A stretch of 62,916 nucleotides of DNA, filler included, from Choristocarpus tenellus KU-1152 (lineage: Eukaryota > Protista > Phaeophyceae), in the NCBI GenBank assembly GCA_964200185.2. It is 15 parts of 15 records of this genome, joined end to end, with 100 filler letters (N's around TTAATTAATTAA, not from the genome) between each part and the next. Parts side by side here need not be neighbours in the genome. Positions count along the whole stretch, not along the records: positions 13,356 to 16,540 come from CAXNAD020021698.1; positions 16,641 to 19,513 come from CAXNAD020024029.1; positions 19,614 to 26,499 come from CAXNAD020007139.1; 12 more parts are not named here. One strand, written 5' to 3'. Below, in pieces: positions 13,356-26,326 of the stretch (position 1 is its first letter; every line of letters starts with the position of its first letter). The notes under the pieces are model-generated. The model had not been told where the DNA came from. It made no database searches and saw only the letters and a program-made list of their open reading frames with translations. The position numbers and the translations under genes are program-made.

Positions 13356-13909
13356 ATTGGCGTGCAGTGAAATGTATTTTAGCATATTTGAATACGTGTC
13401 CCAGTGTTGGATTGAGTTTTGGTGGTTTTGATACTGAGTGTGAGTTGAGTGCGTATGCTGATGCTAGTTATGCTGGAGACTGGAATGATCATAGGTCAGT
13501 GACTGGAGGAGCAATTATATTTGCAGGAGGAGCAATATCTTGGACGTCAAAGGTGCAAAGAGTTGTAGCTCTGTCTTCCACAGAGAGTGAATACATAGCA
13601 CTTAGTAGTGTAGCACAGGAATTACTTTTCTTGAGGAGTGTTTTTGAGTTTATTCAGCCACAGTTTCCTAGGCATTGCATTGATTTGTTTGAGGATAATG
13701 ATGGTGCATGCAAACTAGTACGAAATGCCACAAGCTCTACTAGAACAAAGCACATAGATGTCCGACATCATTTTTTAAGGGATTTATCTAGAAAAGGAGA
13801 GATTTGTATTGTTTTTGTTGGTACAGCAAACCAGAGGGCAGATGTCTTGACCAAGAATTTGCTAGTTTGAGTTTTTAGACAACATGTAAAGTTTTTGATG
13901 AACATGTGA
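13356..13909 (+). mobile_element. Ty1/Copia retrotransposon pol 3' end (RT end + RNase H), degenerate
   Basis: YADASYAGDWNDHRSVTG, WTSKVQRVVALSSTESEYIA, FEDNDGA, RTKHIDVRHHFLR, QRADVLTK. An in-frame TGA at 13868 precedes the natural end VFRQHVKFLMNM*. Confidence 0.95.
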
Positions 13910-13980
13910 CACAACTTTTGTTTTTGATTTGATTTGATTTTTTGTTATATGATAGTTTGAGAGTTACTACTTGTTTTCAG

Positions 13981-14131
13981 CAAGGGAAGGATGTTGAATA
14001 ACCTAGTGTTGTCCTTATGTTGTTTGTGCTGACACAAGTATTTAACATGGGTTATACGTACGTTTATATTTGGTTAGGTAGATATAGATTACGTATGTAT
14101 ATGAAATATAATAAGTCAACATTAATCCACA
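13981..14131 (+). repeat. Polypurine tract and short 3' LTR of the Copia element
   Basis: Purine run caagggaagga, then TGTTGA at 13992; the inverted match TCAACA ends at 14121 (alternative end ..CCACA at 14131). Confidence 0.6.
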
Positions 14132-16883
14132 CCTCAGTGATGATGGATGGTTGACAGGCAACTAATATTTCAGTGTGTGCTTTACCATGTAATTCAAATG
14201 CTAGCTTCCGGCGACGAGCCGCATGTGCACCAAGCTTCTCAACAATATCCAGTGATATTGTAGAGAGTGCACAAACTGTGGAGCGGTTTCTTTGGCTAAA
14301 GCTCTACCACAACCACCCTCTGCTTAGAGTCAGTAGAACAAAGAACATACATTAATTGCTGTAATATATTTTCAACTGCAATGTAAGCTGTAATCCACCA
14401 GGCTGTCAAAGCAAGGATATTCCTCGTACCTACAAAATACATGGGATTAAGGTTCGGGTTGCGCTAATCTACTTCCATGTGCAAAGGTGCTTGCCCATCT
14501 TTTCTGGGGACACTTTGCTCTAGATCAGATAATAAATACTGGTGTGGTGTTGAACAGCTTGGGAGGAATCCAAAGAATCATCCAGAGTAGTTTCTCCGTA
14601 TCCTACACCAATTTCTTCGTCTTGCTTTCATATGCATTTAACGTAGGAATTCAAAACCATTCCTATGTTGGAAATGAATAAGTTCACATATATACATAAC
14701 TCTTGGGACATCAACTTCTCTAACGTGCTAGCTAACATTACGAAATGAAGCGTGCTAAGTTCTTAAGGCTAGTGTGAACAGATTGGACGAGTTCCAATGG
14801 AGGTGGCCATTGGAAATAGTAGACATGGAGCTAGAAGTGCGAGTATAGAAAGATGACATCAGCAACAGCGGTTGAAAAGGGTGGGGAGGAAGTTGAGTAA
14901 GAGTTCGAGGATGGAGACAATGACGTGGTCAGCAGACCCTACACCGTGCAAAGACTGCAAGAGAGGGCCTGGAGCGACATATTCCATTATCTGCAATGTT
15001 CGTGGTGTACAACGGCAATGATGACGAGGAAGGACACACAACGTTTGAGAGAAACTTCCTTGCGTGTGCCACCATGGGTGGATAGAAGGACGTTCTTCTT
15101 ACCAAGGATCACTCACAGAAAGGTGAACTGTATCGAATTTGAAGCAATTAGATGGACTAAGAGAGAAGTCCAAGAAGTCAGCATAGCTTTGGCGGCTTCA
15201 GTAACAGGTTTAGGTGGACTTGCAAAACAAATAGCTGGCAATCACAATAGTCTGTCAGAAGTGTTTGATGCATTAGGAGCTGTTTTGCTCGGAATGGGGT
15301 AACGGAAAGAGAAATGTTTGTGGTCCAAGTTAAAATCTCTTCATTAACCTGTGGGGGAAGACGACTCTCGTCATTATGCAGCTGCATATATTAGTGAGAA
15401 GACGAGGTTGATTGATGATGAGCCTAGCGAGGAGGGCCAGCTATGCTCGGACTCGGTTGTACATGACTGGCTGTGTTCATACTCTCGCCAAAGAGCGTGG
15501 TGCTTTACCAAGAAGAAAATGACGCAGAATGTGCTTTACAAAGTTTAAAGCGAAGAGTGAGACCTATCCACAAAGGGAGACCTAGTTCCAAGTCTCTATG
15601 ATCATGCTTTCACGAGATTTGGTGTATCACTGATAGAAACATTTCCTAATTTTTTTCTTCAATATCAGTGTATTACAAATTCTTGATCCATCAATATTCT
15701 CCCATCTTACAAACATTATCTTGTTATGTACATAAATAATTCTTCATGTATACTAATCACAACATTTGGTGTGTACAGTGCTTCAAATCATCTCCTCATT
15801 AGGACAGGTTGTTGACACTAGTCATGGCGATTAAGTGAAGGCCATGGACTGAGACATGTTTGAACTTGGTTGTTTATGCTGCCTGTCGTGAAGGGCAAGC
15901 GATTGCCAAGGACTCCACTATGTTAGAATATTGTATCTATGATCATCCTTACATAAATACGTGTTGAAACCTGAGTTTGAATTAATTGTGCTTGACTGTG
16001 ATGTGGCTACCTGTGGCGAAGAGGTGTCATTGTGCAGTACAGCACCGGTGGGTTTGTACTGGTTGATCTGACATCTTTTGCTCTATCAGATGATGGTTGA
16101 TGTAAAAGTGGTGTCATTCATTGAGGTGCTCAAATTAAGAAATGCATGCTCTCTGAAGATGCTTGTCATCTTGGCTGAGAAGGGTTTCTGAGGATGTTTA
16201 TCTTTAACTTGAGTATATTAGATCCTAGTGTATATCAAGTATACATAGTGCAGAGTGATGTTGATGTCTTATGAGGGGGCAATGCAAGCCAAGAAAAACA
16301 TCAATCGACACATGATATGCAACCGATGACTTCTTGTGTTAAGAAGAGGAAGAGAGGGAAAGACAAGGAAAAAACAAGAAGATGAACTTGAATCAGTATG
16401 TGAGGGAACTGATGTGACACATATTTTGCCTGTATGTGTGATACATAGCAACTGTTCTAATGCTTCCAATAACAACAGATTTCAAAAATTGAGGATGGAG
16501 CTTTTCATTGAGGATGGGCTTGAGCCAAAATTGACTGGGANNNNNNNNNNNNNNNNNNNNNNNNNNNNNNNNNNNNNNNNNNNNTTAATTAATTAANNNN
16601 NNNNNNNNNNNNNNNNNNNNNNNNNNNNNNNNNNNNNNNNCCACCCCCCCCCCCAGATAATTTGAGCGAATAATACCAAAACCACCAGATTTACTCACAC
16701 ACTCACTCACTCATAGTCGATCCCCATTGGTGCAAATTTGGAGTACGTCACCACATGTGACGCTGGAGCCATAATAGACTCTTTATCAGGGAAAGTGCCT
16801 AGCACACTTCCAGTAGCACTCTAATGTATCAATTGGGCTATGCATTATAGATATATTTTTCCTACAGTTTCCCAACCCCAACT

Positions 16884-16908
16884 CTAACCCTAACCCTAAC
16901 CCTAACCC
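16884..16908. repeat. Interstitial telomere-type repeat (CCCTAA)n
   Basis: ctaaccctaaccctaaccctaaccct; similar short tracts near 4197, 5995, 8484, 28685, 29112, 33769, 41455, 44897, 45572 and 55192. Confidence 0.9.
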
Positions 16909-17079
16909 TTCTCCAGAAAATATGGTAGCATATTCCGTCTATCTCATTACAAAAGTTGAGGGAAACATTTTGGAGCACTCGTCCTGGCGGAAGATGTGAC
17001 TACTCCAATAATGCAACATCGTCACATTGTGAGGTTGCATGATGTAGCAGTAGTATAATAGACATTCTGCCGTAACCCT

Positions 17080-19000
17080 TGGGATCAGCTACGTTGCCTG
17101 TAGAATGTCCATCATCCAACATATACATCAGGGTCATTTGACAATTCCATCCCTTGTTCACGACAACGCTTGGAACAATTTAGTATGAAAACATCCGTTC
17201 TCGGAAAAACACCCAGGGTCATCTGCTCCAACATTACATCTGTTGTTCAGTGCACAGTCCGTAAAATCCCTTGTCCACGACAATGCTCGAGTCTGCTTGC
17301 CCAATAACATCCACTGCACCAATAACAATTTTGCCACGTACAGTGCACTGAAACAAACAATAGGTCGTGTTGTACAAGCAATAGGTTGTCTAAGGTGTGC
17401 AGTAATATTGTGCGATTATAAAATGGTTGAATAATATTATTTTTGGGGCAGACTGCCAGAGCAATCTATGCATGCACATGTCTATGTGCCCTATGTTTTG
17501 CGCATATATGTATGTCCTTACTATATGACCATGATTATCACGCAAGTTCAGTGAAATACACAATCTAGGGACTAGTGATCAAGAATTTCGGAGCAGGTTT
17601 TCAGAATGATGATTTTTAGGGAAAACGATGTAATATAGCGTTGTTTGAGTTACATATTTTGAAATTAGATGCATGCTGTTGTAGGAGTTCTAGGGCCCTC
17701 GAATTGAACGGATAATAATAATATTCAACTATTAAAAAATATACCTGTGCTACAGTCGTGTCAATATTGAGGGGAAGGGGAAGGGGAAGGGGAAATGACA
17801 CAAAAAAGGCAACGTTATTTGCACCACGGATGGAAAGGCCTACCTGCCCCATTGAGTCAAGATAGTGAATTTACTCTATAACCTGTCCAAATCCTTCAAT
17901 CTTGTAAATTGTTTGAACTGGTACTATAACTAAGGACTCCACATGAAAAAAGGTTGTGGCTGCCACAAGGGCCTCTCCATTTTTCTGAGAAAATGGTGTT
18001 TCAAAATGAAAACAATCTCCAGAACAGCGAGCCCAAGCAGACACCAATGATGTGGTGGGCAATGCATTTCTATGGTATCACAAAAGCTAAATGTTGGCAC
18101 AAATCACCTCCACAACTTCAACCAAATTTTGCATTCATCCCAGGGTAGTATACCTGAATTCAAACTCAAGTAAGTGGACTAGCCTTCCCTTGATATGGAA
18201 GCAATCTCTGTGTGGGGGGTGACAGGTGTGTGGTTGCTCACCGAGAAATTGGGAGAAATTTGACAATGAGACTATGTTTTGCAGTAGATGGCATTTTTAG
18301 TTTATCAAATAACATATTGTGGACTTATCTCACTGTGGGCATCATGTTTCGAAAGAAAATGGTTGGGGTCATTGTCGTTCTGTATTTTTTCGTTTGCTTC
18401 AGTGAGTTGAAGCTGTGGTTAAGCAATGTGATGACGTGGTGTGCACACCCAGGACAACGTAAAGTTCGCCGAACACAACTTCAAGTTTTTTAAGCGTTAT
18501 ATGCGACAAAGCATTTGCAGGACAGAGGACGTAGGATATAGAGGAAAGGGTCCCTAGCACTTGCTGGGCAACGAATGTTACGGACCAAATGGGTTCAATC
18601 ATTGACTATTATTACAGACAACTTGATACTAAGCATTGTCCACGACAACAGACGTTAAATACACTAAAAAAAGTGACCCCAAGCGTCATCCAAGGTGACA
18701 CATGTTTCATGGCAAATGACCCCAAGCGTTTGCTGGACAATGGACGTTACCGAGCAAATGGCGCCGAGTATTTTCTGAACAGTAAATGTTATGACAAGTG
18801 TTAAGGATGTATATTTTTCACTTTTTCTTTTTTTGCGTCATTTCTTCTTCCACTACATTAACTTCATTGTTATCACTTTATCTACTTCTGTCCACAGGTC
18901 TGGCAAGTTCAAACGCAATGATGAAATAATCACAATCGACCAAGTAGTCATGGGTGTTGTTCTGGACAACGGATGTTGTAGAGCAAACGTACTTCAGACT
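17080..19000. repeat. Two degenerate ~42-bp-unit arrays in opposite orientation
   Basis: The unit aaatgaccccaagcgtttgctggacaatggacgttaccgagc (from 18713) has decayed relatives across 18480-19000 (+) and 17080-17310 (-). Confidence 0.5.
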
Positions 19001-19639
19001 TTTCGATACAACATCGAAAGTGCTCCCAAAACGTTTCTCGTCCCGTTAGCAGAAGTTACAGAGCACAAATCGAATATGAACAACATTCTAGGATGTTAAT
19101 GCCAGTGTCGAGTAGTACCTTGTCCTGTGTGTGGCGATGTACGTTTTTAAGTAAGCTAGTCGGTATTGTGCGCATTGCTTACAAGAGTCGCTGATGATCT
19201 TCACAGCATTCAGCGGTTGGTTGTTGAGGGTACAGATTCAGTGAGTACGAGATGTGACAGTCTTGCTGTCTAAAAATCACGAACTTGAAGTAGAAGTTCA
19301 CCCGACGTATGTTTGTATGTATGTAAGTTCCTGGGGACAATCGGTATGCTATCACTACTACTACTATACCAGGTGGGTCTGAGAAATGAGACACATGACT
19401 ATGGACGTACACACATCAAATTTCTATAAAATTTGGAATAAACATTATTGTGTTAGGCAGGGTCCAATCAGTCGTGGGGTGTTTAGAATCACCAATTGTG
19501 TCATGGTGGGGTGNNNNNNNNNNNNNNNNNNNNNNNNNNNNNNNNNNNNNNNNNNNNTTAATTAATTAANNNNNNNNNNNNNNNNNNNNNNNNNNNNNNN
19601 NNNNNNNNNNNNNCCCCTCTCAGATACTTTGAGCCAAAA

Positions 19640-19765
19640 CGTATACATTGCACCTACTCTGACACATTTCGGAGTAGATAAAATATCATCAAAAACCCGT
19701 GGGAAGTCAAGCCCTAAACCGACAAACAGGGCAAAACTTGTACCCTCTGATATTATATGATACTC
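19640..19765. mobile_element. Half of a family A MITE, abutting a family B terminus (nested insertion)
   Basis: cgtatacatt...gggaagtcaagccctaaaccgacaaacagggcaaaacttgtaccctc matches 32800-32903 and 2480-2600. Confidence 0.7.
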
Positions 19766-19769
19766 TCAC

Positions 19770-20001
19770 TCTGGATGAGTTGGCTACACACGCAGAAATA
19801 GGAGGGAGAGGGACAGGAGGTTATAGCAGGAAAGGAGCTGTTAAATCCTGTTTATGACAGATAATGTCTGTCACTTCACAAGTGACTCTCTCGAGGCGTG
19901 TCATGCGTTTTAAGCTGTAGGCATCAGGGAGATGGGTAAGGAGGGACCTGCCAGATTCTTGCGATGCTTCCCTCCTAGCTCCTCGGCAGTTGTGTAAGGC
20001 T
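19770..20001. repeat. ~230-bp dispersed repeat, copy 1
   Basis: Colinear reverse-complement match to 25519-25744 (ctggatgagttggctaca...gtcacttcacaagtgactctctcgag...ctagctcctcggcagttgtgta). Confidence 0.85.
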
Positions 20002-20790
20002 GTAAGGTTGGAGGCATAGGATCAATGTATACAAAATTGTAATTACGACCTTTTATGGGAGTGGGGTAGTATAGCTGGTATTCAAATAGTAAATAGATTT
20101 TAGAGAGATATCTTTCACATTTACGATAACTCTTACTTAAAAAGGGGTCCTCATGATGTTTGGGTTTTTCTTTGACACATCCACAAAATATCAGAAGGCA
20201 TAAATATATATATGAAATCCTATTTAAACACTGATTTTGTTGTTGTGTTGTTTTCCAAAATATTTTATTCTTTTGGAGATTTTCCATTCTCCATATCTCA
20301 ATATCTTAACCACCGTATGTTATTACCCCTTCAACATAAAACCTTTCAACTAATAGTGATGTATAGTAGCCCTACTTAGTGTGAAAATAATATAAACGTG
20401 AAAATGATATGAAGTATAGTAGACACATATAATTAAAATGCTAAGCTAACAATATATTAATATATATATTTTTGTTGAATCCCTCTGTTCCCCACGCACC
20501 ATTTTAGATCTAAATTCCCGTAGAGATCTGGCCTTCCCGACTCTCCGTTTACTGACCTAACAAGTTACTGTGTAGATTTATCAGGTAAAATATATATTTT
20601 CTGTCAAATACCGATCTTACACACAATTAAAAAATTATACTATTATACCTGACTTTAGAAGAATAAATAACAATAATATATTCCTTAGAGTTGTCCCTTA
20701 CACCCTCAGCATATCACCTTCATTTTGCAAGCTTCAACGTTTTGGGGTGGTATAGGTAGGTAGTGTGGGAAGTATTAGTTCAAAAGCCAA

Positions 20791-23658
20791 ATGTCGAACG
20801 AAATGGAGGAGGGCAGGGCTCTTATCTCTAGACGAGGTTGGCTCGTGGATGAGGGGGAAGGAGAAGACCCAAGTAGTGCACTTTGTCTTCGAATAAAAAC
20901 AGCTGGGGACGACCGAGAGTATAAGGTTTACACGAGAATAATCACACCGATAGGACAGGTGAGGGATTGTCGGGATTTTCCTCATTTTCGTGCTATAGCA
21001 GATCCGCACACCTATGTAAAAATCGAGTTGAAGGTAGGGTTGTTGATAGCGAAGGGTTTGCAAATATCCTCCCATGAACACCTTGTCGCTTTTACCCCAC
21101 CATGGGACCAACCCTCTGTGTGCCTCCTGCATTCATACTTTTCGCGTGAAATGCGCTGTCAGTTTAAAGCTCATGTTGCGAGAGTTATTGGAGCCGAGGG
21201 GAAATACCTGCGTCTTATCGTTGCTGGCAAGATGATGATGCCTGACGAGGCGACAATCCAGGACTTCAAGGTCACGGACAATTGTTTTGTCCACTGTGTG
21301 GTCACAGAGGCACCATCGCGGCTGCAGATGCCGTCGCCACCAAGCGATGCGCCGCAGGATGACGAGGTACTTCCATTGACATGGACTGGTGTTTGTGGAG
21401 AAACAACGGGCCTTGGCGAAATCTCCATGGTATTCCCCGCTAAATCGATATTTCCACTACTGCAGCGCCACAACGTAAACATATGCGATGTATCTGTGTA
21501 CTCGTCACTTCTGTGTCGTTCATACCCTTAGGATGAGGAGGATGATGATCCCAGCACCAGAAGAGGGTTCGACACTCTACGAGCGAGTGGGATGTCAAGG
21601 CTAGCAGTGACGGCGTTAAGGGCATACTTTAGTGCCGAAGTTCGTGAGGTGAGCTGCTCCACTTAACTTCTAAATCTTTGAAATCGACAAGGATTTAGGG
21701 CACCCATCTTCGTGAGTATAGTCCTGGGGGTGATTGAATGTTACTTGCAATAAAAACTATGCCAGTGGAGCCTCGACGTATCGAGTTATTTGAAGAACGA
21801 GATCCCGATTTTTGCTATATTAATCCTACAGTATACCGTACAAACAACACCACACTCTGCTCTGTTATCTGGTCTAGATTGTTGGCTGTGTGGCGACTGG
21901 AAAATGTACATGCTATACATGCTATGTCTCTGTGAAGGTTTTTCGTTGACACCTGGGTTTCAACTTAGTTATTTTTGTTCCCCGTTTTTCATAATTTCGT
22001 AGTTTTATTCATTTTTCATTGTATATCATTATTATTTCAACTGCATTAATGCCTTCACATCATTTTCTGTGACAATACTGCTGTCAATTCTACCCCTTAC
22101 TAGATAAAATTACACTTGGATCACCTTTGGTTCAATCTTCCCATCAATTGGACTGGTACTTCTGTACTTTGCTAATTATCCCGTGCATACCCTATTGCTC
22201 AATCTATGCTCTCCCTAACACTACCTTAAATCAATTCTATTCCGAAAATCGAATTATTCTACATGACATTGAACAGTCGACCATCAGTCATCCACAAACT
22301 GTCAGCTGAGACAATCGTTTGATTGATTTTTATGCTCTGGTTACTCCTCTATTGCAGTTTGCTGCTTCATCACCTCCACCACAAAGGGAGGGTGAATCGG
22401 ACTGGGACCGGCAGGTGAGGTGTAAGTGCTTTGTAGCGTTATAAGGAGTGAAAATTTTGTTTTTGGGTTGAATACTTCTCTTGACTCTAGCATCCACTGA
22501 TGCATGTATCTGCAAGTGTAACAAGCTGCTATGGGTCCAGTTGAAGTGCAGACTTGAAGGCAAGGATGTAGAATTGCTGCTTGGTGTGCTCATGTCCCTT
22601 GATTTGATAAAAGTGCCTCTCTTTTCATACTTGTCGATGCAATGTCTTTACATATTGATGGTGGTACTGTAGATTTATTTAATGCTGCAGCAGCATCTTC
22701 ATCTTGACTCTAATTGTGTTCAGCGGTGATGTTTGAAATGGAGGGGGGAAGAAAAAGGTAGTTTTTTGAGGGCTGAGGAGGAAAGTTGTGGCAAATTTTA
22801 TGAGATTGACTGTCTTGTGCGGTTGTTCACCTGAACCTTAGACTTCTGCGAGTTAGTCAATTTCTGCCAAAGATGGGTATAACTGAGTTGAAGACAGGAG
22901 AAGAATATATTTGCCTATATTTTCCTGAGCCATGTTTTCAAGTTTTATGGTGACTGTCAAGAGTTCTGGTCAGACTCACCAGCATTTTTCTGGGTATAGA
23001 TGCGACTGGTTGGATGTGTTGAAGCTTTTAAAGTATCACTGATTATCTTTTGAGAAATCTATCTCCCTGAATAGGGTCTCCCTTTTACCAGTATTCACCA
23101 TGGCATCTACTGGCAACCAAGTGACCATTATTGAGTACATCTTACTTTGGTAAGACCACTAGTTGTATGTCCCGAGGTGCAGGACTCCAGTATGTGGTAC
23201 CCTTCTTCCCTCAAAGTCCAGTTTGTGTGTGTACCACCTAACACAATATGACAGTCGTTCTCGTAATCAATTTTCCTCCAAAACAGATGGAGTCTGAGGA
23301 GAGGTGGATGGCGACACAGGGAGCAACCTCTGAGTTTGCAATTAATGTCCGTGGGGCACAGCGAGGAGGAGCTGGGGGAGGGATGCTAGGATCTGGAGTA
23401 GGAATGTTCCGAGGGGGTGGGAGACTGCTCGGTTTGGAAGGAGTTTCTGAGGACGAAGATGGAGCAGGAGGAAATGCCAGAGATTTCATGTTTGGTTTTG
23501 TGATGGGGTCTTTCCTTGGGGTGATAATGCTACTGTGGATGTGGGAAGGTTCCGTGCCAAGAAGACAGAAGCTTGGCATCCTTGCGGGGGTGACATTCCA
23601 GCTGGGGATTAAACTTATGAAATTTGTGCAAGTCAAGGAACCAGAAGATACAGAGTAA
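20791..23658 (+). CDS. Ubiquitin-like domain + DSC3/DUF2407 C-terminal membrane protein (Dsc E3 ligase subunit 3-like), complete, ~305 aa
   Basis: Exons 20791-20958, 21163-21366, 21532-21648, 22358-22414, 23287-23658 (918 nt). Ubl: LRIKT..TPIGQFKAHV..LRLIVAGKMM.DEATIQDFKVTDNCFVHCVVT. Then RRGFDTLRASGMSRLAVTALRAYF, EERWM, DFMFGFVMGSFLGVIMLLW and RRQKLGILAGV. Confidence 0.85.
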
Positions 23659-25339
23659 ATATGTGGTAGAAAATAGTAGGAAAAAAAAAAAATTGTAGAA
23701 TATTATCAAGGATTTAATTGGTTTGTTTTGGGGTGTGTGAAGGAATGAATAGTGTTTCTGTTATGAGTGGCACTACTGGACTTGAAATATAGATGTACCA
23801 AGTTGGTACACTGTGCTGAGGGATTGTGAGGAGAATTGTTTCGATTGCCGTGCCCTTGCCAGGCTACTTGTGCTTGAAGGGGTGGGATCTGGGGTCTGTT
23901 CATAAGAGGTACGAGGTGACTGAGGACAGTGTAAAACAAGTTATGACAGCGATACGATGCTTTGCTATAGACCTTATGTGGGGGCTGTTTTGACGTGGTG
24001 TGTGGGATGGACTGTGCTTATTTTTTTGTGTCATTTTCTGTGTATGACTGTAGTGATTGTTTGAGGGATTGCAATATATTGCATGCTAGGTTTGTGTTTG
24101 CTATCTTACCATGGAGGCGTCAAGTGTGGTACTGAGTATGAGAATTGGGCAATGCTTGGCTATAATATATGGCAAGGGAAAAAATCCAAGAGTTAAGAGT
24201 TTTCCTGCCCATTCTACACTCAAGCCCTTGTTTTCTCCTTAGTTAGGATAGGGGGACTTTGTGAATGAACTATATGGATATTGTAGAGTGATGATGATGG
24301 CAAGCAGTTATCTATTCTCTCCTGTATGTGGAGGGGATTTTGCACACTGTGTACAAGTCGTGTGGTCTTGGGTAGGGAGCAAAGGATGGATATTCTTTGG
24401 TGTTAAGATTTGTATTGGGGAAGGTGTCATTAATTCCTTCATGATTTGTGTGCTTCATGTGATTTATAGACCATATTGATTTTTTTTGCTGATTGAATCT
24501 CAAAGAGGGCAAGGTGCTTTGTTGTAGGTGTGCACCTCACCCCTTTTGTTGAGGAGATGACTTTACTAGGGTAACATGTTGTGTCTGCAATAATGAACCT
24601 AGCAGGGGGCCCATGAGACTGAAGTGCAGTTATGCATGCAACTTTTCCTGGTTACTGGACCCTTAATCAGAGTCAGTTTTGACCCTCTTTAGGGTGCATG
24701 ATGCTAATCTTGAGTGAGGAGTCAGATATGCTTGTCCACGATTGCAGCCAGTTTTAAAAGTAGAGTGGTGAAGTAACTAGGTAATTTCGAATTTTGTCTC
24801 GCTGGCTCTATTTTCTTTTGTTATTAAGTAGTAGGCAACAGAAGTATGTCACTAAAATGTTTTGGTATTTTTTGTTCTTATAATATTAATTTGTTCTTGA
24901 TTCCATTTTCGCGGTAGTGCTGTGCCGAGGACTGTGGGAGGGGAGACTAAGGAGCAGTGTATCTTGTTGACCTTGTAGTTGTTATTCTAATTGAAGGTTT
25001 GGGGGGGTGTTGCCTGATTTTTATATTTCCTTGCACCATCTACTTATTTAACACACAGGTATGTTGATTGGGTAAGGTATGAGTGTAGTCGGCAAAGGTC
25101 AAATGATTTTTTTTTAAATCAGAAGATTGAACTGTGTGTCGCCAGGGAGAGGAAGGTACCTTCCTCCTTGGTTGAGGTGTGTCCATGTTACCAAGGGTGG
25201 GAAAGGAAGTAGAGTTACAAGTGTCTGTTGTGTCCCAGAAAAGTACTTCCTGATGTGAAACTGTAATTTGTGGTATCCTGTTTCCGAGGTGTTCTGACCG
25301 CAGAATACCATCAAGTTCGTCAGTGATAAAGGCTGCTGC

Positions 25340-25493
25340 AGTAGGTAAAATGTATTTGTTATGAAAAGGAGTGTTCGGAACAAGGATAATGACATTTCCT
25401 AACAAAAATGATAGCCAAAACTATATCAAAATTGCAACATTAGATTCTGGTCCCCAAATGGACGCAGCTCTACCCTCTAAGATACTTTGACTC
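25340..25493. mobile_element. Partial family A MITE
   Basis: Ends ccccaaatggacgcagctctaccctctaagatactttgactc, like positions 1-41. Confidence 0.85.
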
Positions 25494-25518
25494 TGCTGCT
25501 ATGTCTCCAATCTATCTT

Positions 25519-25744
25519 AGCCCTACACAACTGGGCGAGGAGCTAGGGAAGCATCCCAAGAATCTGACAGGCTCCTCTTCCCTATCTCCCCGGTGTCTCT
25601 ACCTTGAAACTCATGGCACGTCTCGAGAGAGTCACTTGTGTAGTGACAGGCATTATTTGTTGTAAGTGGGATTTGAAAACTCCTGTCCTGCTTTAACCTC
25701 CCGCCCCTCTCCCCCCCACCGCATATGTAGCCAACTCATCCAGA
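25519..25744. repeat. ~230-bp dispersed repeat, copy 2 (inverted relative to copy 1)
   Basis: Reverse-complement match to 19770-20001. Confidence 0.85.
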
Positions 25745-26056
25745 CACTCTCTGCTTGCTTGACGAAGCACCCAAACTTTCCGCCACGAAAGTGTAGAGGC
25801 CAAAACTACGAGGATCAATAGAACCCTGGTAGTGGGTGCGCTTTTTGTACCACAGCTGCAGCATCAGCTACACCATTATTGCTGTTGGATGAGTGGGGCA
25901 GATGGGATGCTGCTTGCACTTATGCTAATGCAACATCCAGGAGGCCTTTATCCCAGTAGGGAGCTGATCCAGCGTCCGCTAGTGCCCCAGCATGGAATAC
26001 CATATCCATGCGGAAATTTCGGTCCACTGTGAATGGCCTACCATCCTCGATAGTGC

Positions 26057-26326
26057 GAGTCAAATCATTTAAGAGGGTGGGAGTTTTGCCCTGTTTGTCA
26101 ATTCGGGGCTTGGCTTCCCATAGTTTTTTTATGCCCTTCTTGGGTTTTCTGTATGAACATTTCGGATTTCGGAGTAAGGAAAATGTATAGGACTATGAAA
26201 GGTGTGTGCGGAACAAGGATCTTGACACTTTTGCTAACAAACACAATAGCCAAATGAATCAAAATCGCAACCTTGGATTTAAGATCCCAAACGGATGCGA
26301 CCCTACTCTCTTAAATGCTTTGGGTC
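26057..26326. mobile_element. Complete family A MITE (270 bp), no clean TSD
   Basis: GAGTCAAATCATTTAAGAGGGT...ACTCTCTTAAATGCTTTGGGTC; internal homology to the 2346 copy in reverse. Confidence 0.85.
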
